This document shows, in pieces, positions 1 through 9,695 of a stretch of 25,002 nt of DNA (positions within the stretch are counted from its first letter, which is position 1; each line of letters begins with the position of its first letter). Origin of the DNA: an uncultured Verrucomicrobiae bacterium. GTDB lineage: Bacteria; Verrucomicrobiota; Verrucomicrobiia; Limisphaerales; JAFGQR01. A model generated the notes under the pieces. That model did not search any database, was not told where the DNA came from, and saw nothing but the letters and a program-made list of their open reading frames with translations. A program made the translations under genes and the position numbers. Where the stretch lies: positions 1-25,002 of the forward strand of contig CAWBHS010000001.1 in the NCBI GenBank assembly GCA_963788655.1, written 5' to 3'.

Positions 1-91
1 AAGGAGTCTGGCCGGATACCATGACGACCAGGGCCAACAAGGCAGTAAAACTCAACGACAGCCGGACCGTAAGCGAGTGCTTCATTTTCAT
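1..91 (-). CDS. 5' end of an exported protein gene (signal peptide only; runs off the left edge)
   Basis: Manual translation from the ATG at 91 (alternative ATG at 85) gives MKMKHSLTVRLSLSFTALLALVVMVSGQTP, open to the window edge. Basic N-region plus hydrophobic H-region is typical of a Sec signal peptide. Not in the ORF track because it is truncated. Confidence 0.6.
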   Translation of the reverse strand, partial: MKMKHSLTVRLSLSFTALLALVVMVSGQTP

Positions 92-198
92 AATTACGCA
101 GGTGAAGACGTTGCTCGCTCTTTTTACATTCGAAACGGTCCGACTGCAAGGAATGACAAACCGCAGCACGCACGGCTCAAAACCAAAGTGTGACCGAG

Positions 199-253
199 GT
201 GGATGGTTTCGCGCTGCGAGGCCAGGCGCTCGCAACGCGAACGCCTCTACCAC
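199..253. repeat. GTAG-type REP-like palindrome with a degenerate partner
   Basis: The minus strand of 224-251 reads GGTAG-AGGCGTTCGC-GTT-GCGAGCGCCT (GTAG tetranucleotide followed by a hairpin). 208-220 (TTCGCGCTGCGAG) pairs 12/13 with 229-241. Confidence 0.5.
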
Positions 254-377
254 GCGGCGGTCGCTGTTTCCGAAACAGTCCAACTCCGGGAGTCCTCCAG
301 CAAAGCCAGACGTTTCCCAATCGAATCGCAATGAGCCTGCTCACCAGCCGCCGCCAACTGAGTATTCCACACGAGCG

Positions 378-447
378 GTAGCCGACGACGTAAGGAGGCG
401 GACCTGGTGCTTTTTCTGGCGCTCCGCCTCCTCACGACAGCGGCTAC
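378..447. repeat. REP doublet / REPIN-like element, family A, copy 1
   Basis: Arms 378-402 (GTAGCCGACGACGTAAGGAGGCGGA) and 423-447 are inverted with 21/25 matches and GTAG ends. The whole 70 nt is 58/70 identical, ungapped, to the reverse complement of 21868-21937. Confidence 0.85.
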
Positions 448-535
448 AGGCGGTTGAGGTCTTAAGCTCAGGGTGAAATATGCAGGCCAGTAACCGTCCC
501 GCCACCAGTACCCCTACGGCACAGTTTCAGCGCCG

Positions 536-2659
536 TTATGGTTGACTGAGTTGCGATTGCAACTCCCGCAGGGCGGTCTGCAATTCAGCGGCCGAGGGAA
601 AGCGCCGGTCCGGATCGGGCGCACAGGCCCGCAGAATGACGCGATTGAACTCGACCAATTGCGCGCGGTCCGGTTGCGCAAACAGCTCGGGCGGCAATTC
701 GGGAAACGCATCCCGCGGCAAGCCCATTCCGGCTTCATAGAGGACCTTGCCGAGCGCGTAAACGTCGGCCGTCCGGCTTCCGGGTCCTTCGGGCGGCAGG
801 TAGCCGCTGGTGCCGACGTAGGAAAGATCGCTCGAGCGCCGGTCCAGGTCCGTGACCAGTCCGATGTCCGCCAATTTGGGGACGCCGTTCACGAACAGGA
901 TGTTGGACGGTTTGATGTCGCGATGAATGAGCTGGCGGCCATGCAGGAAGGCAACCGTGCCGGCGAGGTCGATGCCCAATTGCACACAAACGGACAAGGA
1001 CAGACGTTGATGCTGGCTCAGTTCCTGAGCCAGGGTTTTCGGCACATAAGTCGCGGCTTCATATTGCGGACCGGCCACCACGTCATCCGCCGCTTCCATA
1101 ATGTAATACAGGCATTCGGGCGCGGCGTGCCGGCCCACGTGCAGAATGTGGATCAAACCGGGATGCGTTCGGGAAATCGGCGTAAAACGTCGCAGTCCAT
1201 TAAACTCGCGCTCGAAAGGGGCGTCTTCGCGGAACGTATGCCGATAGACAATTTTCACGGCCAGATATGTGCCCACCAGGTCGCGCGCCAACCACACTTC
1301 CCCATACGCACCGTCGCCGATCCGCCGGAGCAATTCGTGGTTCGGTACGTCGGGCACTGCCGGTCGGTGTGCGGCGCGTCCCTGGGTGACCACCGCGTCA
1401 GACTGGGGAGAATTGCTTGGCCCGTCCGGTTCCAACACTCGTGGTGGCGCGGTGGGTGCCGTGGCGATGGTTTGGTTGGTCACGCCGGACGCCGCTTCTT
1501 CACGCGCCGCCAACAACAGGCGCAGCCAGTTGCGCTCGCGCCACAAACGGTGCGAGTGCGTGAGGACCGTCCAACCCAGTGCGCACGGAACCTGGACGAA
1601 GGCGACAATCGTCCACGGAAACCAGGTCAGGGTCTGCCACGTAAGGATGATGGCGACAACGGCAACCGCCAAAACCACGGCCACCGCCACGCCCGCCGCC
1701 GCCAACGGTCGCCGCCGCGCCAAACCAAACCCCAGCAAGCCGCCGAGCGCCAACGTCACCAAGCCCTCCATCCACCCTGGCAAGCGTCTGAGCCAATCGC
1801 CGCGGATCAGATTCAGCGTGGTGGTGGCAATGATTTCCACACCGGGCGCCCATCGTCCGGTCGAGTGTGTGTACGGGGTGCGATATTCGTCGGTGCCCGT
1901 GCCGCCGCTGAATCCGATGCTCAAGTGCGCCCCTACAAACACCAGCTTGCCGGCGAACATCGTCAGATCCAGGTTGGTGAACAGCACGTCGGCGTAACTG
2001 ACGTAGGCCAGCACCCGCCCCGGCGGTCCGTAGTAATTGATCCAGCGCTCCGCCATGGGATCGGGCAACGGCTTCACGCCAACCATTTCCGCGGCCCGCC
2101 AGCCGAGGCTGGGCACGTTAAACTGGTCATCCCGATAGTGTTGCCGAATGAATTTGGTTTCGTCACTGGCCTCGGCCAATCCCCACGGGGTCACCTCTTC
2201 CAGCGCCGGAAACGGGCGCCACACAGTGTTTTGGATCAGCTTGTGGTTGTGCGTGAGGGGACCGATCATGGCCCCCACCGCCACCTTTCCGTAATTGGTG
2301 ATGGCGCGGATTAACTCCGCATCTTCCAGGGCATTGGTGCTGGCGGGCCGGAATAGCATATCGAACACCACGGCTTTGGCGCCGGCCTGGGCCAATAGGT
2401 CGAGCAAGCGCGCATGAATTGTACGGCCCCAATTCTCCCAACTGCCCTGGTGCAACAGATCCTGGGAATGGTTGTCCATGTAGATGACGATCGCATCGGG
2501 AACAGGAATGTCCCGGCGAAAGAGAAACGCCCAATCGTAGCTCTTGTTGATCAAGCCATCCATCGGCCAGGCCAGCGCGATGAAGCCGGCCACTGCCGCC
2601 AGGAGCGCGCCTTGCGTCGCCGGATTCCACCAGCTTGTCGATGGCCCTTTCAGTTTCAT
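536..2659 (-). CDS. CHASE2-domain membrane sensor fused to a Hanks-type Ser/Thr protein kinase
   Basis: N-terminal TM segment; CHASE2 motifs (IVIYMD, WGRTIHARLLDLLAQAGAKAVVFDMLF, INYYGP, SYADVL, GKLVFVG, DEYRTP, PGVEIIA); three TM helices; then a kinase domain with IGDGAYGEVW, AVK, HRDIKPSNIL, KLADIGL, GTSGYLPPE and DVYALG. ATG at 2659 has GGAG 7 nt upstream; the ORF track starts at GTG 2671. Confidence 0.93.
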   Translation of the reverse strand: MKLKGPSTSWWNPATQGALLAAVAGFIALAWPMDGLINKSYDWAFLFRRDIPVPDAIVIYMDNHSQDLLHQGSWENWGRTIHARLLDLLAQAGAKAVVFDMLFRPASTNALEDAELIRAITNYGKVAVGAMIGPLTHNHKLIQNTVWRPFPALEEVTPWGLAEASDETKFIRQHYRDDQFNVPSLGWRAAEMVGVKPLPDPMAERWINYYGPPGRVLAYVSYADVLFTNLDLTMFAGKLVFVGAHLSIGFSGGTGTDEYRTPYTHSTGRWAPGVEIIATTTLNLIRGDWLRRLPGWMEGLVTLALGGLLGFGLARRRPLAAAGVAVAVVLAVAVVAIILTWQTLTWFPWTIVAFVQVPCALGWTVLTHSHRLWRERNWLRLLLAAREEAASGVTNQTIATAPTAPPRVLEPDGPSNSPQSDAVVTQGRAAHRPAVPDVPNHELLRRIGDGAYGEVWLARDLVGTYLAVKIVYRHTFREDAPFEREFNGLRRFTPISRTHPGLIHILHVGRHAAPECLYYIMEAADDVVAGPQYEAATYVPKTLAQELSQHQRLSLSVCVQLGIDLAGTVAFLHGRQLIHRDIKPSNILFVNGVPKLADIGLVTDLDRRSSDLSYVGTSGYLPPEGPGSRTADVYALGKVLYEAGMGLPRDAFPELPPELFAQPDRAQLVEFNRVILRACAPDPDRRFPSAAELQTALRELQSQLSQP

Positions 2660-2695
2660 GTTGCGCTCCACCGTTCCATAACTGCACTTCCGATT

Positions 2696-5600
2696 TCAAA
2701 AGGCAAACTCCAGGCGCACCGCCACCGTCCGGCCGCGCGGCAACTCGGGCGTGAGATTGAGCGGATTCAACCGGTAATCCTGGTCGGTCACGTTGAGCAG
2801 GCCCACCAACACCTCGGCACGTCGCCGCGGAAAACGGTAGCCGGCCCACAAATGGCATTGCCAGAATTCATCGCCGGGCCGCGCGCCCTCGTAGCCGTCA
2901 TTGCGCTGCCGGTACCACCAACCTTCAGCCCGGCCAAAGAATCCACGTGGATCCTGATACAAAGCGAACAATTGGAGTTGGTGCAACCCGGACTCCTGGC
3001 GTTCGGGTTCAAAGCCAAACGGAAACCGCGCGTCGCTGGGAATTTGCTCGAAGAGGTCGTGCAATTCCGCCTGACTCAGCCGGTAGCGAAGTCCCAGGGA
3101 CCAGCCGGCGCCGATCAATTGGTTCGCGGTGAACGTCAACGTGCGTTCGGTGTAGTTCAATCGTTCCCGGGTGCCGGAGGCGTTGACCGTAAACGACGGC
3201 AGAAGGTCATAGACGCCGCGCGTCCGGTTGACATCGGAGTCCAACCATTCGCCGCTCAACGCCAGATAGGTTCCGCGCCCAATTCGTTGCTCGAGTGAGA
3301 AGCCCCACGTCTCGAAGCGGGCGCCCCCGTTGGCACCGGCCACGGCTTCGGGCAGGATACTCCGAAACGCCTGGTTGAACCCCGCCACCTGCGTCGGCTC
3401 CAACTGGAAGCTTTGGTCGAACGCCACGCCGTTCAGCGCCTGCGCATAACCCGCGCGGAGGGTCGTCGTCCGAAACGGCGTCCAGATGAACCCGCCTTTG
3501 GGCGACACCTGGTCCTTCGTTTCCTCGCCTCCGTTGATCGGGGCGTAACGGAAGTTCTCGGGCATTCGCAGCCAGTCATAATTCAGCCCGGCCACCAGCA
3601 GCAGCGGATCGGCAATTTGCCAGCGATAGTAACCATAGACATTTGCCCGCCGGAAATCCGGCGTCACGTTTTGCGCGTTGGTGGGAAACAATCCGGCCAG
3701 GAACGGATAGAGCGGTACGACCGGGTGCGCGTGTTGATTCTGCGTGGCGAACGCGCCGCTCTGATACCGTGCGCCCACCGTGACGCTGTGATTGGCCTGC
3801 TGCCAGATTTGCTGGAGTTCCGCGGTGTAGATTTCCGTGTTGCTTTGGTAACGCTGCTCGAGGGTAATCGGGAGTCCATCAGTGACCTTGCCATTGACGT
3901 CCTTGGCCAACAGATAGGTGCCTTGACGCGAATTGGTCACCTGCAATTCGTCCTTCAACCGGCCCGCCAAAACGAGCGTGTGGATGCCCGGAGCCCATTC
4001 GTGATGATAGCCCGCCAGCAAAAGGGGTTGTTGGTTTTCCTGGAACCGAAATCCCGGATTCGCCTGGTTCGTGTTCTCCGGATCATAAACCGGGGTCAAA
4101 TGCCCGCCGTCGGCATCGTAATAAATCGCCTGGAAATAGAGCGTATCCTGCGGGGTCAGTTGCTGCTTTGAATTGCAATCCCAGCGTGAGTTGCTCCAAG
4201 TCGTTGTTCACGCGCTGGCCATTGCGAGACTGGTAGAACGCCTCAAGCGCATATTCCGAATTACCCCACGTGCCGAACTGCGCGCCGGACTGCGTCCAGT
4301 CACCGCGGCTGAGATATTCGGTGGCCGACACCACGCCCAGCCGATTGCGCTCGAACAGCCGGCCATATTCGTTTTGTGACACGGTCTGCGACAGCGCGCC
4401 GGCGCCGACCGGAGCCAGGAGATTGCCCACCAGGTACTCGCTCAACCACGGCGTCTCGTAGCGAAGATTGATCTGCCGGGGATCCCGCAGCGCATTGTAA
4501 CTGTTGGCCAGAAACAGGTGCGCCGAGTAATTGGCATAATCGTAATTCACCGCGCGGGCCGCTTCGCGCAGACTCACGTCGGTCATGCCGGCGTCACGAT
4601 AAACGCTGGCCAGATTGGCGCCGCGTACGGCCCGGTCCTGATCGAGCAGAAGCTGCGAGCGATAGACCCCACGATTACCAACCAGTTCCTGCGAATGCTC
4701 CAGGTCGCGCACGGCTTGATTGATCCGGTTGTGCTCCTGGTTCAACAGCGCGGAATACAACCACGCGGTCGGATCAGCCGGGTCCAGTTCCTGGCCGCGT
4801 CGCAGTTCTTTGGCGGTCTGGGCATCCAGACCTTGCTGATCAAAAGCCTTTCCCAGATAGCTGCGCAGGACCGACCGTTGCGGTTCCAGCGTGACGGCGG
4901 TCTGCAAATCGGCCAATCCCCCTGCCCCATCGCCGCGGTGAATGCGGCACAGGCCGCGTCCCAGCCACGCATTGCCCAAGGCGCCGTTCAAAGCGATGGC
5001 CCGATCGAACGCGGCGATGGCTTCGCCATAACGATTCTCCGCCGCCAGCAAGAAACCTTTCAACGCGAAGGCCTGGGCGTTGCGCGGCGACAATTCCAGG
5101 CTTCGCTCGACGGCCTTCCGCGCCGCCTTCGTATGACCAAAGCTGAACTCCAATTCCGCCAAACGCGCCTGGGCAAAACCGAAGCGCGGCGCACGCGCGA
5201 CTGCTTGACGAGCCGCTTCGAGCGCCGGCTCCAATCGCGCTTGCGCCTGCTGGTAATAGGACTCGGCGAGCAACTCGGTAGCGGTAGGAGTTGAAGGCTG
5301 AGCGCTCAGGTTTGAGGGAAATGGTCGCCGCTTGACCGCGGCGATCACCTTCCGCAACGCCACCGCCAACCACGCTGTCCGCTGACTTCCGACCTCTCCA
5401 CTCTGGCCATTGGCGGCCGGCTCCAACAGGTTCTCCGCCGGTTCGACTTGCCCCACGGTCAGTAACAGCGCCGCCAGGTAAACCCGTTCCGCATTCGACG
5501 CGGGGGCGCGGCCAGCGGGATATTGCTCGAGGGCGGCCAATAAATCCCCCGCCCGATAAGCCGCCAGCGAGCCAGCCAGCGCCGCCGGTTCGCCACCCGG

Positions 5601-6225
5601 CCAAACCAGTTCATCCGGATCCAGGATGCCCGGATAGGTACAAGACCCATTGGATGACATTCACCGCTTCGAGCCGGGGAACCTTGAACGGGATGCGTCC
5701 CGGTGCCGCCACCGCCGCTTCGCCGCTCGTGATGGAAACTGCTCCCCAATTGTTCGTGACCATGGCCTCACCGTCGATGAGGTCGAGCCGCATCGTATCA
5801 TTGGCATCGACGCTCACCGTGAATTCCGTTCCCAGCGTCAGTGCAAACGCGGTTCCTGAGTGAACTGGAAACTCGCCCCGCCGGTCACGGTGAAAGAGCT
5901 CCAGCAGCCCGCGAAACAGGTGGAACCCACTGCGGCGCGGGGCGGCTGGCGGCATCTGGAGGTGAGTGTAGTCGTCCAACCGCATCAGGCTCCGGTCCGA
6001 GAGCCGCAGGGTGGCGCGACTGTGCGCCAGAGTGCGGAGATGGTCGCCGGGCAGGAGCGTTTGGTTGGTGTGCGCCGGGGTCCAGTTCAGCACCGGGCCA
6101 TGAGCCACCTGCACGGTCCCTTCCAATTCCACCACGACGGGCCCCGGCGGTTCGGCAGCCAGCGCCGCGGTGGCCGCCAGCCAAAGCCCTGGTACCGCCG
6201 CGGCTCTGAACAGCCAGCGCCCCAT
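2696..6225 (-). CDS. FecR-domain / TPR / outer-membrane beta-barrel (TonB-dependent-receptor-like) protein, ~1175 aa, split by two frameshifts
   Basis: Three track ORFs join in order. 5611-6285: signal peptide and FecR domain (GDHLRT..SRATLRLSD.S, GTEF, LIDGEA). 4083-5660: TPR helices (FGFAQARLA, LELSPRNAQA, LNGALGNAWLGRG, LDPADPTAWLY). 2696-4099: amphipathic beta-strands ending RLEFAF, a C-terminal Phe OMP signature. Removing one extra G at ~5637 gives QWVLYYPGILD; removing one extra T at ~4168 gives LQFKQQLTPQDTLYF. Start uncertain (ATG 6225, GTG 6267 or GTG 6285). Confidence 0.88.
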
Positions 6226-6281
6226 CCGGCACCCGGAGGCACCCCAACGATGAAAATCAATAGTCACCAATCCACTCTCTA

Positions 6282-6307
6282 ACACGTTGTAAATCGCCGA
6301 CTTTTTA
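6282..6307 (-). promoter_or_regulatory. Candidate ECF-type promoter TAAAAA-N15-CGTGT for the receptor-kinase operon
   Basis: The minus strand reads TAAAAA (6307-6302), GTCGGCGATTTACAA, CGTGT (6286-6282). Same elements and spacing as the sites at 6338 and 19677. Confidence 0.6.
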
Positions 6308-6337
6308 CTTTACACCCATTATTTTTGAAAATAATAT

Positions 6338-6363
6338 TAAAAATTCGGACTGATGCTCCGTGT
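6338..6363 (+). promoter_or_regulatory. Candidate ECF-type promoter TAAAAA-N15-CGTGT for the secreted-protein operon
   Basis: TAAAAA (6338-6343), TTCGGACTGATGCTC, CGTGT (6359-6363), 45 nt upstream of ATG 6409, in the AT-rich divergent intergenic region. Confidence 0.6.
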
Positions 6364-6408
6364 TCAGGGATGCTGATATTGCATTAATCCTAAACGAGAC
6401 AATCAGTT

Positions 6409-9400
6409 ATGAAACCAACAAACCGCATCGCATCTGCAATTCTCAATTCATTGTTGCCCACGGGACGGAAGGACTCATGGATCACCCGCGGTCTAACAAA
6501 AGTTCTACGCCCCCTAACCACCCCGCTTAGCTTGCTAACTGCCGGCCAACTCACGCTCTGTCTCTTCGCTGGTTCACCTGCCACCGTCGAAGCAGCCGAT
6601 CTTTCGTTGGCAGAAGCATTGGAGGATGCCAACCTCGCCTGGACCACCGGGGGCCAAGTTCCATGGTATGGCCAACAGATTGTCAGTCACGATGGAGCCG
6701 ATGCCGCCCAAAGTGGGATCATTGCTGATGCGCATGAATCCTGGCTGCAAACCACGGTCGTCGGACCGGGGACCTTGGAGTTCTGGTGGCAGGTGTCGTC
6801 GGAGCAGGATTTCGACTGGCTCCGCTTTCACATCGACGACGTGTTGAAGGAGCAAATCTCCGGCGAAGTGGATTGGCAACAACAGCAATTCGCCATTCCG
6901 GAAGGGAGTCACACGCTGGAATGGCGATATGTTAAGGACCCAGCGGATAGCGCCGGCCAGAACCGAGGATGGCTGGACCAAGTTTCCTTCGTGGCCGCCA
7001 CCGGCGGCCCGATGATCGCAACCCAACCCGCCAGTCAGACAGTTTGGGAGGGAGCCAACGTGTCGTTCACTGTCACCGCCCTCGGCAGTCCGCCCATGAG
7101 CTATCAATGGTTCGTTAACGGAACGCCCGTCCCCAGTGCCACAAACCTCACCCTGGCCCTAGCCACTATTCTCCCGGCCAACGCAGGTAGCTATCGCGTC
7201 GAGGTCAGCAATGATGCCGGCACCGTCACCAGCAGCCCGGCAGTTCTGACTCTCGGGAATAACGCCCCAGCGAACCAGATTCTGCTCTATGTAGATAGCC
7301 CGGTCCCTAGCCCTTTTGAAATCGCTCTGCTCAACCTGGGCTTCGACTACCAGCGTTTCACGTCTGCATCCGAGTTCACTTCGGCACTGAACAACGCCAA
7401 TCGCGATACCGACCTCGTAATCGTCGATCAACCTGGTAACTTCTTTACGCCCACCAGCCTCGTCAGCTTCATCAACGGTAGAGGTCGTGCCCTGATCCAG
7501 GCCAACACTCTGGCCGGCAGTCCCGCCCTCGCCACCGCCCTTAAGGTCGCCGTGGACTGGCGCTCCAATACGCCAATTTCCGTTTACGAATGGGGTGGCT
7601 CTCCGCTTTTCGAGGGACTATCCGGTCCTTTGAATCGGACCGAAATCGGCCTCGATGAGGATACCCAGAGGCTTCAGGTCGTCCCCGGAGGTTACGCTGT
7701 CGCCGGATTCTCCGCGGCAACCACGCCTGGGGAGGCGGCCATCGTCGTTGGCAACAACGGGCGAACCATCGTCAACGGGTGGTGGTTAGCTGGAATCATC
7801 TCTGGAAACGACGCTGTCCGGCTCGCTGAAAACCAAATCCTGTTTCTCACCGGACCCGTCTCCGCCACCACCCCCATCATCCAAATTCAACCGCGCAGCC
7901 AGACACTGCTGCCGGGAGGCAGCGTGCATCTGGACGTGAGAGCATCTGGAGGCTTGCCGCTGAGTTACCAATGGTACAAGGACAGCGTTGAACTCCCTAA
8001 CGCCACCAGCGCCTCACTCGACATCAGCAACATCCAGGTCGAAAATGAAGGCAATTACACCGTCGTCGTCGCCAACAGCTACGGCTCCGTGACTAGCGAT
8101 CCGGCCAGCCTGTCACTCCTCATCAAGCCCACCGGCCAGATCGCAAGCATCTTGTTGTTTACGGACACGTTCCTGGGAGTTCCCAGTCCCTATGAGACTG
8201 CGCTTACCGAGATGGGCCTGAACTTTCAACGCTTCACTTCGGCGCCAGCTTTTGCGGCCGCGGTGAGCCAGGCGAATCACAACAACACCCTGCTCATCAT
8301 CGCGGCTATCGACAGCTTCTACGATTTTACCAGCACAGCAAACTTCATTAGTGCTGGGGGGCAGGCCATTGTTCAGGATCCTGGGCGCTGTTGTCGGATT
8401 CCAGCGGGCTCGCCAGCGCCCTTGACGTCACGGCCGTGCAGGATATCCGATTCGTCGAGCCGGTTTATGAATGGGGTGCCACGCCTTTCTTCAGGGACTT
8501 GCCGAGCCCTGTCAACTTGACCGACCGCTTCGGAGGGGATGGGCAACTTCTTCAACCGGCCCCGAACGCGGCAGCAGCGGCAGGATTTGTGGACGCACCA
8601 ACCCAAAATCAGGCGGCCCTTGTTGTAGGCAACAGCGGGCGCACCATCGTCAACGGATTCGCAATGGAAGAGATCACCTCCGCCGCCGAGGCCGTCCAGT
8701 TCGCCCGGAACCAAATCGAGTATTTTGTGCCACTAGCCCCGGAAATCGTAACCCAACCGGAAGATCAAGTCGTGGTCTTGGGCGGCACCGCGAATTTCAA
8801 TGTGGCGGTGGCCGGAGCTCAACCGTTGAATTACCAGTGGCGCAAAGACAATATTGATATCCCCGGCGCCGAGGGCAGCGCGTATTCCATCACCGGCGTT
8901 CAATCGAACCATTACGGCAATTACAGCGTGGTGGTAACCAATAGGTTTGGCGTGGTGACAAGCCGGCTGGCCAAGCTGGATTGGGGGCTCAAGCCTGAGA
9001 TCATTCAAGCTCCCTTGAGCCAATCCATCGTCGAGGGAGGGAACATCACTTTCAGTGTGGAAATAGTGGGGCATCCTGCACCTTTCACCTACCAATGGCG
9101 GCGCAGCTCCACCATCCTGACCAACATCGAGTCCGACGAACGCCACGCTTTCTTCACCTTGAATGATGTGGAATCGAATCAAGGCGGACTTTATCGCTTG
9201 GTGATTATCAACGCCGTTGTGCCCGTGGTAACCGGCTCGTCCCCCAATGCCACTTGGACGCTGACCGTTCTCCCCGACACCGATGGCGATGGCCTGCCCG
9301 ACGAATGGGAAGCGGAACATCTGGTGGATGATCCCAACGGCGATCCCGACAGGGATGGAATGACCAACCGCGAGGAATACGAGGCCGGGACCGATCCCAA

Positions 9401-9638
9401 CGAGCCGGACAGCACTTTGCGGATTGAACCCCTCGATCCGTTGGGCAGTGCCGCCATCGAGTTCCAGGCCATTTCGAACAAAACCTACACCGTGCAGTAC
9501 CTCGATGAGGTGGGCCGTGGCTCATGGTCAAGATTGGCCGATGTCGTGGCCCGAACGACCAACCGCGTGGAGGTGATTTACGACCCGAGGAACGCCGCGC
9601 GGCGCTACTACCGCGTGGTGACCCCCAGACAGGAATGA
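6409..9638 (+). CDS. Large secreted Ig-domain protein (~1076 aa) with a duplicated alpha/beta domain, DxDxDG Ca-binding motifs and the shared C-terminal domain; one frameshift
   Basis: ORFs 6409-8520 and 8391-9638 join via a single missing base at ~8377. Order: extended signal peptide; Trp-rich beta-sandwich (GPGTLEFWWQVSSE..DWLRF..HTLEWRYVKD); Ig I-set-like (QPASQTV..YQW..GSYRVEVSN); alpha/beta domain 1; Ig; alpha/beta domain 2; two Ig; DTDGDGLPDEWE / DPDRDGMTNREEYEAGTDPN; C-terminal domain ending RRYYRVVTP. Confidence 0.85.
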
Positions 9639-9649
9639 GGATATCCAGC

Positions 9650-9673
9650 GCCTGCCGCAAGGCAGGCCTCTTT
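9650..9673 (+). terminator. GNRA-loop hairpin between the first two operon genes (weak terminator or mRNA-stabilising stem)
   Basis: GCCTGCC-GCAA-GGCAGGC (9650-9667) followed by CTCTTT, 11 nt after the stop codon at 9638. Confidence 0.45.
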
Positions 9674-9695
9674 GGCAATCTATTGCAATGACATC

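Noticed and set aside
21..476. 151-aa plus-strand ORF and small overlapping ORFs
   Set aside because: Runs through REP palindromes and antisense to the signal-peptide gene at 1-91; low-complexity, motif-free translation.
542..2314. 590-aa plus-strand ORF and other long antisense ORFs (e.g. 13667-15211, 11697-13019, 15106-16029)
   Set aside because: They shadow well-supported genes on the opposite strand, have no recognisable motifs, and are expected in high-GC coding DNA.
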